NCBI GenBank assembly: GCA_010909165.1
Contig: MU008155.1
Span: forward strand, 248,001 to 312,000
DNA length: 64,000 nucleotides
Direction: 5' to 3'
Origin: Anthoceros angustus
Taxonomy: Eukaryota > Plantae > Anthocerotophyta
The notes beneath the pieces were generated by a model. The model had not been told where the DNA came from. It saw only the letters and a program-made list of their open reading frames with translations, and did no database searches. Shown here one piece after another: positions 45,341 to 56,844 of the stretch. The translations under genes and the position numbers were made by a program. Each line of letters begins with the position of its first letter. The first letter of the stretch is position 1.

Positions 45341-46603
45341 GCTCGTCCACGTCTCTGTGCATGGCGTGTCAGGCTTGCCGGCCCCAACCCTTGATGTGCC
45401 TTAGGGAACCCGAGCAGTTGGGTGCAGTGTGGTCTCAACACCACGATCGCCCGGGGGCCATAGTTGGAACCTCCATTGAGGAGCCAGGAAATGGTATGTC
45501 TAACAACGGAGCATCCCTACCCTCCTCTGGCTCTTGAAAGTCCTCATCATTAGAGTGGCCAAGCACGTCGGGTATACGCCCATCCTCCTCATCAGATGGG
45601 CCGAGTTTACTATCTGCACTTCGCTGGTCGTCATTGAGCCCATCTTGGACACTCTGTCAAAGCTGGGCTCTGACTCGGCGTTGGGACATTTCCCTCCTAT
45701 GCTGGATAACAGATTCCGTAATCTTCCCGCATATGGTGCCCTTGCTTGCTGAGCATCCTGCAAAACATACAAAGGGTGGAGGAAAGGCAAGAAAGAATCC
45801 ATATGTTTTAGAAACCAACATACCACGATCTGCATCAAGGGACTTGAAAACCTTGTTAACAATTCATACTTACAGTTAACACCATAATATTCATACCGGC
45901 GGAATAATGTAAGCCGGTTATGAAAAAATTGCCGCCGCTTGGTACTTTTCATACAGTTACTAATTCACGACAAACACCGCTCTTCGAAAGCACCTGCGCC
46001 TGTGCCAAGCAATCATTCAGATTGGGATTTCAATTTTGTCTCCAAGTTGTTTGAAATGAGGGTGCTAAGGTGCAGGGATGCTGCCTGCGAAACGGCAATG
46101 CTCAGTTATAAGTAGAGTACGTCCGTTCAGATATATTCAAAATAGGCCTCATGGCGGACACATAACAATCTTGGAAGATCCGGGATGCGGCAACTCAAAA
46201 CGAGCACTCGACGGTGCGATAACGAAAATGTTTTGGCCACCTAAGGAAGTTCGAGATCCGAAGATTCAAGCGCACACAAAGCTACACTATCGGAACTAAG
46301 GTCACGTTTCTAAGGCGTTCTTTATGCGCCTCTCCGAAAGTGTCAACATCCATCATCGCGGCGTCATCATCTTCCTTCGTCAACGAGGTTGAGTACCATA
46401 TAGCGTCGATTGTGCTGCCCTCATCGAGAGGGTCTCGATCCTTTCTTTCATTCTCTTGACCCTAGCACAATTTGAGCCTTCCCAATATCCTTCGCTCACG
46501 CAAACCTCCTTGGCCCAGGTGAGATGGACCTCGGATGCGGCTCGTGTGTCGGCTCCTCCTCCGCAGCGTGCCATATCCATGTACATCTTTGTGGAATGAA
46601 TTA

Positions 46604-47263
46604 CGCACATGCATCCAATATCCATTCCCTTCCTTGGAGAATGTCTTGATAAGCTTCATCATCAAACCTAAAGGCCATAGGGTAGGCGGACAACAAGTTT
46701 GTCAAGTGAATGGTATACCGACTTTTTCAGCGTATGGTGGGCAATCATCGACCGACCATCATTGAAAGTGCCATGCAAAGCATTAGGTAACATGACAGCC
46801 CGCAACTCGAGCTTTTCTTGAGACCAACCGACAATGACATACTCCACGTGTCGAACCCACCCTTGTCGTTGTTGACATTTGTCTTGTCCCACACAAATGA
46901 AACAAGTCCACGCCTCTGGCACCACTTCCGCATAGGCTCCTGCACAATATGTGAATCTTCCACACCATGCATTATGATCATCCCAAATCCTCGCATTCGA
47001 TTAAGTATTGGAAGGAATGCAAAACATTACCACTTGCCAAGCATCAAACCTTCCATCCTTAGGGCCCTTATCGAATCCACGTGGGACATCCATCACAAGC
47101 AAAGAGTACCTCCTCTTCCTCACAAAACCTTGCATATCCCGGACATCTCGAGCATGAATGACATCGCACTTTTTCTCCGATGGATGGAATTGCAATCCCT
47201 CTTCTATGTCCCTATCTGCGAGCTCCGTTGCTCATCCTTCAAGCCCTTCCATGTGTTGACCTC
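46604..47263 (-). pseudogene. Beta-class N6/N4 DNA methyltransferase domain, copy C (diverged paralog, most complete motif set)
   Basis: DVIHARDVRDM...YSLLVMDVPRGFD (motif IV, 47090-47076), LVSFVWDKTN...HVEYVIVGW, then PLGLMMKLIKTFSKEG.WILDACA (motif X to start of motif I). Motif order IV-VIII-TRD-X-I matches the N6_N4_Mtase family. Confidence 0.7.
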
Positions 47264-47841
47264 ATAAATAAAGCTGAAAGTTTGCGTGGTACTTGGTGAG
47301 GACAATGTCTTTTGTTGCTGCACAAAAAGCAGGTTGTTTGTCGATTAATGGGAGAGGGACTTCAGCATGCCCTCCCGCAATAGGGCCTCCGGGTTTGTAG
47401 GCATGATGCGCCAGCAAGCGGAATATGGAAAATCGGGCGTGGGGAAGGAGGAAGGAAGAACAACATAATATTTTAAGCGGTGAATATACATCAAGCGACT
47501 TTTCGTGAATATCTGGCGAAGCAGGGGTTTCGATGGGCATTGAAATGCGTATTCATGCGAAGACCCTAAACACGCCGTAAGTGACACACCTAGGCGCGGC
47601 ATGCGGCGCCAAGTCATCTTAAGCGTTACGTGGCTTGGGCGCGCATGCCGGCATCCAAGATTCATGGCCTTTGGCAATGAATCTTTGGACGTCGGACAAA
47701 CACCCTCCTTCCGAAACTACCTAAGCTAATGGCTTCTTTGGCTCAACATCATTAGACACCTAGGCTAGTGGCTAAGAAACCACAGGTGATGGCTTCTCGG
47801 ATGGCTATTAAAACAAGGAGCATGGGGGCATAAGGGCATGA

Positions 47842-47873
47842 AGAAGAAGAAGAAGAAGAAGAAGAAGAAGAAG
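47842..47873 (+). repeat. (GAA)n microsatellite
   Basis: About 10 GAA units directly visible. Confidence 0.9.
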
Positions 47874-47974
47874 GGCGCATGAGCATGCCACGCCCTCACA
47901 TATAGTTTGTGCTTCCAATTGGTTGTGTGCAAGAAAGTTAATGAAGTGGTAACACTCGAAAGTTATGAACAAGA

Positions 47975-48115
47975 GGTCTTGGGTTCAAGTCTTCTTTTAA
48001 GGCGGCATGCCAGCGCCCTTTTTAAAACTTTCTTGGGTTCAAGTCTTCTTTTAAGGCGCATGCGCGCCCTTTAAAAAAAACTTTCCTTGGGTTCAAGTCT
48101 TCTTTTAAAGGCATG
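47975..48115 (+). repeat. Three tandem copies of an approximately 50-bp unit (TCTTGGGTTCAAGTCTTCTTTTAAGGCGGCATGC...)
   Basis: Directly visible. Confidence 0.8.
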
Positions 48116-49889
48116 CTTTAAAATAAACTTTCCCTATTGTGTAGGCTTTAAAGGTAGCTTTTCCTATTGTGTCGAATAGATAATGTGGATTGAAATGAGA
48201 GCCTGATAAAAGTGATAGATGATTGGTTTGGTTTAAAATTCCCTTATCTTTTCCTTTGATAGCACTAATCCATGAAGAAGGTGGGACTCGACAAGTACAA
48301 AACACACACCACCACATGCAAGCGGCAATTGCATTCCATGATTTCGAGAAGATGGAAGCAGGGACTCTCACCTGCATGTTGAATTTCCATTGTCATCTCC
48401 AATACTTATTACACCCCCTAAAACCGTTTTCCAAAACCATATACCCTTTATGTCTTGAATGAATAGCAAAGGCCTATCCGTGGCCTCTTCGCCACCAGCA
48501 GTGTCATGTATGGGCATCATTTCAAGGTAAATGTGTGCCTACCGAGGCTGTATATCCCCTTTTCAGCCCAACTCATGGCATGTTCCCGGCTTCCTACACA
48601 CATAGCAACCGTACTTTTAAAACATTTTTTGTGGAAACTGGCAGGAACAGGGGTTTCGTGCCCATGTTCCCGCCGGTTACCAGTATATTCATTGGAAAAG
48701 CCGCTTCCTGTTTATTCCGACGGTATGAATATTATGGTGTTAGTTGGCTGACGCATAGCATTTCTGAAAGCCTCCACCAGGTTTGGAGGACTACATTTCT
48801 TGCTTTGGAAGCCATGTAGGCTAACCTCATAAGCCTTGTACATGGTTTCGTCTTCAATTATCCGATCAAACACCAAAGGCTTTGTTGTGCAGAGCATTTG
48901 AAACACATCCATATCCACAGTCGCCCACATAACAACTTAGTACTGGAAGATCCGGGATGACAGCAACTCCAAAGACAGCGCCCCCTACGACATACAGTGC
49001 ACAGTAACACGAAAATGTTTAGGGGGGGGGCATACCGGGAGACGATGTGAATCGCGGCGAAGAGGATATGGTGGAGGATGACAGCGCGTGGTAAAGTCAC
49101 GTGCTGGGAGACATCGCCAAAGGTGCTTCATCTGCTGAGAGCAACGCCGACCGGCAAGCGCCGTCATGCTCGCTCAACGTCCTGGGTCTTTCTCTGGGTT
49201 ACTCTCCACTTCGAACTGAGAGTAGAACGCCCCATTCGGGTGACATCATATGCATGTGCTGGTAACCCTAACCATAATTGTCCATTAAAGCAATGGTTAC
49301 ATGGAAGTCCATTTAGAGGACTCTAGGTCAAAAGCCGTACATGGCAATAACAATGCCGAGAAAACAATGAAGAGGCGTTGTGCCGCGCAGCCGACAAGAT
49401 CTACCGGTGCAGATCCTTCGGCATATTTGCTCATAATGTCATTTCAATGTTTTTGGGCGGGCCTACTCATGTCACAAAGCAGTAATCGGGATGAGGGAGC
49501 ACAGATTTGTGATACAGAGAAAGCGGAGTCCTAAAGCCGGCGACAATGTTGCGCGCCACACACACATCAGACGTCGAAGAGGTCAGTCTTTTTCGTCAAT
49601 GAAGTTCATTGCGCACTTCATTTATACGTTCTGAAGGAACATGCACTTCAGAACAAGTGTTCGGTATGCAACATTCTCAGCGGCTCTGTTCTGTCGATGT
49701 AATGTTGTGTCCTTGATGTTGTTGTAGCGGGAACAGTGTGAGGAACAGGGGTCTTTTGATTTCCAGATGGCAGGAGACTCTTCTGTAAGGGGCCGTAGGA
49801 TGGCTGTGTTGAATGGGGCCCTCGCGCCCTTCCTGATCATGACCTCCGAAAACGAGTCCGAACTCCAGAAGCCCTACTAGAAATGGGCA

Positions 49890-50140
49890 CCCTATGTTAC
49901 ACTTTATGTTAAGATTTGGACCCCTGGATGTAACACTCATGTTGCAATTTTGGGGTCATGTAACACTTTTTGGGCCCCTTGTTACACTTTGGCTTGGAAA
50001 CCATACCACGGTCGTTGTTGCAATCATGTTGCAATGGTGTTGCAATTATGTTAAGATGAAGTGAGAGGTGGTTTTGCCTCTCAAAATTGCAACATGATTG
50101 TAACATCTAAAGTGTTACAAGAGAGGTCTTGTAACACTTT
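49890..50140. repeat. Cluster of TGTAACAC/TGTTACAC/TGTTGCAA motifs in both orientations (DNA-transposon subterminal-like)
   Basis: About 12 motifs within 250 bp. Confidence 0.6.
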
Positions 50141-52473
50141 TGGAGGCTTGGTACCGAACCTCCTCCCCATCCACCATTGCCCTTTTACTTTTGCCCTTTG
50201 AAATACGCTTACTTGGTAGTTACCAGATACGCCCTTCAATCCATATACCATCATACTACATCTCATATCATCATGTATCAATACATACTAGTAGTCTACT
50301 ATGATAAATGTAATGTATTATTCTAAGTGCTATCGTATTCAATTTCATATAAAATAAGTTTGTATATTACGTATTACATACGCATAATCGGTCCCATATA
50401 TTCATGGTACGATACTTTGTATTTACTATACGTGTAAATATACGGCCCTTTATACCCCTACTTTATAGCATGTGGCGGTTTGTCCTTCCCATCGCCAACA
50501 ATAGCCATCGGCTCGCCATGGCGCCCAAGAAGATATTGTCCCCACCTATCACCTTATTGTGACGCATCACGTGAGGTTATGCCCTACAAGATTGTCTTTG
50601 TCGGAGGAGATTTGGTGCTGACGTATGCTTACGCCTCCATGTAAGGCACTTCCTACTGGCCATCGTATGCACCTACGTGAAACTTCCGCCTCCTGCTCGA
50701 TTCAATTTTCTTCTTCCCTCCCACTGCTCTACCGAGGCAAGCTTTGCCACTTCCTCCGCTTCCTCCCCGCCTCGAGCACACATTGCACATACAAACCAGC
50801 ATGGCCATGAGTTATCCAACAGCACGGGTTTCCACAAAGTCGTCCATTTGCCTTACCTTCCTCCAGCCCCTCCTCTTTTCCGCCTTCTTGCTGACATTTT
50901 CCTCTTCCGTCCTCCTTCTTCGCCCGTGCCCTTGTCACTCACCCACCACCGCCGCCTCTACTCCTCCTCCTGCTTCCTCTTCGGCCTCCACCCTTTATCG
51001 GTGGCGTTGCCTCAACTGGGCTCCACTATGTGTCCATGCTCAAAGATCCGAAGGTATGTGTCTGCAAAATTAGGCACATCGCCCCCTCTTCAAGACTGCC
51101 TCCGCTCTCCTCTGCAGCCCCACGCCGCCCCCTCGGCCTCCATCTGCATTGGCCTTTTGCCGATATCAAAGGCACTCGCATGTTGCCCTCTTAGTCCTCC
51201 TTCATTCTCTCTCCTCGACATCCGCCTCATGCTAGTTACGCCTTTTGCCCCTCACCATGGCCTGGGTGATCCACTTGCCGCCCTCCGCCACCCGCCTCCT
51301 CCTAGTCCCCCGCGATTTTTGGCTGTCCATAGTGCACACAAGTGTGTTTCTTCCGTGACGGTGCCGCCCTCCGTGCTCCACCACCCGACCGCCGCCTCCA
51401 CACACCTTGTTCCCCGCCTCCATGCCACTCCATCTCGATCCCAACGGCCTCCACCTCCCCATACATGGTGCCACCGCGGTCTGGCACCCCTCCACCTCTT
51501 TTCCATTATTTGCTTGCTGCCCACCGACATGCCTGCCGCCCGCCTCCATCCATTCCTGTGCATGCAGCCTTCCCTAGGCGATCGTGGTGTCGCGGCACCA
51601 CAATATCGCCCACACACTGCTTCTCCGCCGCCTCCTCCCTCAAGCTCAAGCCTCCGCCTTCTCCACTTCCCCCGCCTCCTTGTTCATCGCCTTTCCCCAT
51701 TCAAAGTCCTGCTGTCCTCGCCCCCTCCTTCCTCCCAAGCCCCTTCCGCCATCCGCATTCCTTGATAGCCTCTCGTCCATGTCACCACCTCGTGCACCAT
51801 CGTTGCCTCCCACCCTTCCTTCCGCTGCCTCAAAGGCCACCATATCGTGATCCATCTTCAATTCAATGTCATACAAAATGGTCATTTCCTTGTTCTCCTT
51901 GCAATAGCCTCGAACCTCTAGGATCTTTTCACTCCCTATCTTACTGCTTGAAGGAACTCGGGGCAGAACCCCCTATCGCCCCTTTCACGATTTCCACCCT
52001 TTCCACTTCCACCCTGCTTGATCCTCGAAGGTTGCCTCCCTTGTCTCAAGCTTGAGCGCATGCCGGTGCACTGTGTTACCCGTTTGTCCACCATGCCCAC
52101 TCCGGCCGGCACTGTGCACACTTTACCGGCGTCACTTGCAGATTAGCGAGTTTGCGAAAACCCACCTCATCCATGAAATAGCTCTTCATCTATTTGCTCC
52201 ATTTCCTGCAATGCTCCAACTCCATCCGTCGGTGGGAGGTTCCACGTCTCAAAGTCAAAATCAAGTCGGGTTGTGACCCATGCCCTTGCCTCTTACCTCT
52301 CGGCGGCCGTCTTGACGAGGAGGTGCTTCTCCCTCAGCTGGATGTCTGGATGGGCCACGGGTGCGGTGGATGGCCAGATAGCCCGAGGCCATTTGGCCCC
52401 TCATCCTCCTCCCGGTCTGATCCGGTGTCCTGGCCCCGGCATTGTGGTGTTTGACGCCTTCATATGTGACTCC

Positions 52474-55400
52474 TGTGGACTCACGGACTTCCCAAGTTAG
52501 AAATTAGGTAGGGTTTTGTTTTTGTAGGAGTAAAGGATAAAATGAGGCGAAAAGGGAAATAAGCACAGTTAGCACTCGGACGGCACTCGGAGTATACTCG
52601 GACTCGGAGTGAGAGGCGTACCTAGGCCTACGATGGCGGGCACAGTAGCAGGATAAGTCCGGACCCACTCCGGGACCAGGCGGGATAAATCGCCGAAGTA
52701 ACTTAGAGTTGGTAGTGGGGCCGGAGCGGCGCCACGTGGGCGACCACAGTGGAGGGCGGGCATGCACGGGTCGGGCCGTAACCTTGCGAGGCCGTTATAG
52801 CGGTATTCACGCAGGCGGCGTAGCGTGCTGTGGCGTAAGGCAGTCTGGCGGAATAAGCCATGCGAGACCTCGGCGATTCTGGACGAGGCGCCCTCAGCCC
52901 AGTTACTCCGGCGTGGTCGCGGAAGAAGGTCATTTTACGCGACCTCGAGACAATTCTCGCGATCTCTTGCGCTCCGATCCGGCTCTCTGGCGGTATCTCG
53001 TGGGACACTCGGGCGTCTTCGTCTTGGCTCACGTTGAGGTCGGGCAGCGAAGAAGGCGCAGCGTGCGGTCTCACAAGCTCTGACAGGAAGGCGATGGCAC
53101 CCAAAAGCCAGCGGAAGTTTGGGAGCCATGGAACCTTGTGGGCGCAACATTGTGACCGGCGCTATCCGGACTTTGGGCTCACGGCTCCGAGGCGGGAGGT
53201 GGTGCGGGAGTGGCATTTGGATGTGTTCAGGTCGGACATTTGATAGTGTCACTCACAGTCGGGAGTTGCGGAAGATCTTGGCGGTCAATAAGAGGTGCGG
53301 TCCAAGAACCTCGGGAGGACCAAGGCGATGGACCTTGGAGGTCTGAGGCGACCTACCGCCCAAGGAGGAAGGGGAGTGGTGCGGGCCCCTCAAGGCGAAG
53401 GGAAGATAGGGAGCCCAGCCCGATGCTAAGGCACAGGGCCTTAGCGGACCTGCGGTTGGGCGATATCCAGGCTGTTGGACGGTCGAGTCGGGTGGCGGAT
53501 CATGTCACTGGAACCTACTCACCAAGGTGGATCACCTTGGTGATAATCTGTATTCTGCCTTGTGCTGCGGAAGAAGGCGGGGGGAAGGATTATCTTCGCC
53601 CGGTTTAGCGAGGCTCATAGCTCGGGGCAAAGCCTTCGCCATCAGGCATCCCCGCACGATCCATGTGGGGCATTTGAACTCCTCAGGAAGGCAGCTCGGG
53701 AAAGGCGGAGGCCGGAAGTGGAGGCGGGCAAGGCGGAGGAGGAGGCGGTCGTGAAAAGCGGACTCGGGAGGAGGCGGAGGATTCGGGACTCCATGCGTGG
53801 GCGGACCCCTCACCACCCGAGTATGGGAAGCAATTCCGCCTCCCTCCTCGGGTACTAACAGGCAGCCGATCCAATGAGGCGGCCCAGGCCAGCGGCCCAT
53901 GCCATCACTCCTGAGGCCCCGCGGACGGAGAGGCGAAAGCGCAAGACCCACGGCTACCAGCACCCGGTCGGTGCAGTACCTCTTCCCTGCGGAGTGGCAA
54001 GCGGAGAAGCGATGGGGAGGCGAGAAAGGGCCGCGAGGCGAGAGGACAGCGGCGCATCGAGGCAGTCTGTCGCCCGGCGGGAAGGGGCAAAAGGCGTGCT
54101 CCGGACTCCATCACCTCCGCCGAGCCCAGGGAGAAGAGGCGGAGAAGGCTCATGACCAAAGGGCCGAGGAGGAAGCTCGGGAGCTCTCGGGACCTAAGGG
54201 TCTGATTGGGTCGGAGAACCCAGTCCGGACTTACTCGGCTGCGGTATGGAGGTCCTTGGACCGTGAGATCTGCTCACTTCACGGACTTTGTGGGAGCCTC
54301 ACCGGCGGCCGTGGAAGAAACACGGCGGGTCAGCTACCGTCATGGGACGGTATGCTCAGAATGCATCTTGGGATGGCCGAAGACCCGGAGGTAAAGCCAC
54401 CGGGCGCATGGTACTCCTCCGGGGAGGCGGTTGGAGGGGAGGCGAGAAGGCCCGAGGTGGCACCGGGCGCATGGTGCTCCTCGAGGCGGTTGGAGGAGCC
54501 CGAGGCGAGGGAAAGCTCTCGGCGGATTGAGGAAGAGCGGGAGGCGAGGAGGTCTGGTCCATCCCCATGAGGCCGGACCAAATTCCTTTGGAGGCAGTGA
54601 CGAGGAGAGGCCCAGCGGGGAGGACTCTGCTGAGGCGTAGCCTTGGCGAGGCGAAGGGCCTTGGGCGCAGCAGGCGGGATCTGGGCCCGGACGAGCCAAG
54701 TGAGAGGCTCGGTGAAGGTGGCCAGGAGGCGGAGGCCACGCAGCCGATCGCGATCACTATGTGATCGGGCCGGTGGAGGGGCCGAGAGCCAGCCAATCGA
54801 AGGCCGAGCAAGTGGCAGCAGCGGGCAAAGCAGTCGAGCCGTGAGGAGCAGGAGGCCGGCACGGGAGATTGGGGACCTCGAGTGCAGTGCGGAGGTAGAA
54901 GGGGGCGGCGGAGGCTGGAGGCAAGGACACCTTGGGTTGCAACTCCAAGATGCATGGCGGCGGGGTTCTCAGCGAGAATCCAAGACTTGACGAGAGGTGA
55001 CGCCTCCGGCTCCGCTTGAGGAGGAGAAGCGGCGGTGCGAGGAGTTCGGCGTCGCAAGGTTGCGGCGGATGTGGCGGAAGCCGAGTCGGAGGATCAAGCC
55101 CCTGGAGAAGGAAGTGGGACCTCAGGAAAGAATGAGCGGAGGAAAGCCTTGGAGGAAGGCTACGGTTGCTCGTCCGGTTGCGAGGCGAAGGAGCTCGGCT
55201 CCATGGCCCATAAGCTGGCGGAGGCTGGGCAACAGGAGGAGAGCGTCGGCGGCGAAGGTTGCAAGAGTAGAGGAGGCGGCCTTGGCCTCAAGGAGTCCGC
55301 CTACGGTGGTAAGCTTGGCCCGGAGGCAGGCGGTGGCGATCTGCTCGATTCTTGGGAGCACCTCGGAGGAGAAGTCTGGGTGCTCGGGCTCATGTGGAGG

Positions 55401-56807
55401 CGATTGACAAGTCGATTGACGCCTACTACCTTGAGCTCCTCAAGGCTGGAGGTCCTGCGCCACCCTAGGCGGGAGGTGGACTTCGAGAAGGATGGAAGGA
55501 GGCGAGGGGCGGACCGGGGCAACTGTGGGAGTCCTAGGGGCTGTTGTGGCAGCGGCGTGGCGAAGGAGGCGGCGGAGGAGGAGGAGGAAGGTCGCCACAG
55601 GAGGTAAGCACTCGGCACCCTCGCATGGAGGAGAGGAGAGGAAGGGAAAGGTGCAGCAGGGCATTCGGGAACCAAGGAGAGGCTCGATGGATGAACCCGT
55701 GACAGCCGGTGAGGCATGCCGAGGCACGAGGTCGGACTTTGTCGGACTCACGAGAGCGGATCCGAGTCGGCCCCTGATCTGGACTTAGGGATCGGACTCT
55801 AGTGGCAGTCAGGACCACGAGGTCCGGACCCGAAGGGTTGGGTCAGAGGACCCGGAGGCAATCCGGTCCCAGGCCGGACTCGAGGCGGGCCGGAGGCCGG
55901 ACCCGGAGGAAGCCGGACCTAGAGGTCCGGACTCGAGTCGAGGCAGTCACGAGGTCCAAACTCGGGAGTGGGAGAGCCAGTCCAGTGGATCCACCCTTGG
56001 AGGCCCTTTGAGGCCGAGAGAAGAGGGAGGAGGAGACTTGGTGGTGGCCGTTGTCGGGGCCGTGGCGCACTGGCGGACCCTCGGGAAGAGGAAGGGGTCC
56101 GCCTCGCGGATCATCCGATTAGATGCGCCCGCGAGCTCGGCTTTGGGCGGTGCCAAGAAGGAATCGAGGCCATCCAGCCCACCAAGCGGCGATAGGCGGA
56201 ATAGGGAGGATAGTGGGCGGTTAGGGTGGTGGCCTCGGCTCGAGAATAGAGGTGTAATAAAGGCGCCGACCTTGGTAGTATAAGAGGGCTAAGGCATGAA
56301 TAAATCATCTTTCTCTTGGTGTTGATGCGTTCTTGCGAGACCTTTGTGTGTCTTCTGAGTCTGAGTCACTCGGGGGGAGATTGATCGGGGTCTGGTGGCG
56401 GACCTAACGTGTTGTGTGTGTGTGCGGGGAAGGGTGTGGTGACCCGTGCTCGGAGCGACCCGGCCGACGGGCCGGGCATGTGGCGGAGGAACTCGGGAGG
56501 CGTCTGAGCCGGACGGAGGCGGCGGGCAGCGGAGGTCGGGGCTGGCCAGCGTCTTTCCGGGTGGTGGCGTGAGTGGAGAGAGAAAGGGCTGGATGTGTGT
56601 GGCAGATGTGAGCATGGGAGCAGGTCCCTAAGCGTTTAGCCATCTGGGCTGTCACGGTGAACGTTGAGTAGTTAGGCGTATGTGTGTTGAGGGTGAGCAG
56701 GCGCAAAGTGAGTAGAATCACAAAGCAGCGCAAGCCTATCATTCCCTTGGGCGGACTTCTTCCTACAACGACACGGGATTGTCTTGGCTGGCCATCGTCG
56801 CGCCACA
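52474..56807 (+). mobile_element. 5' LTR of Athila/Tat-like element B (about 4.33 kb), containing a degenerate long ORF (about 52800-55950)
   Basis: Starts TGTGGAC, ends ...CGCCACA directly before the PBS. Its first 1.15 kb repeats at 62845-64000 and it is homologous to the reverse complement of 6724-11182. Confidence 0.82.
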
Positions 56808-56810
56808 TTT

Positions 56811-56821
56811 TGGCGCCGTTG
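56811..56821 (+). other. Primer binding site, tRNA-Asp type (TGGCGCCGTTG)
   Basis: Separated from the LTR-terminal CA by TTT. Confidence 0.8.
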
Positions 56822-56844
56822 AATGAAATCGTTCCGTAGCGTGG

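Noticed and set aside
48712-49900. Candidate transposase for the MTase cassette (DVFQMLC resembles a Harbinger N-terminal motif)
   Set aside because: No DDE triad or other diagnostic motif could be traced.
50677-51765. 362-aa Pro/Ser/Leu-rich ORF, and a possible Myb/SANT (Harbinger ORF1-like) motif EETHLCALW on the opposite strand
   Set aside because: The ORF reflects pyrimidine-rich composition. The single short motif is not enough to call a domain.
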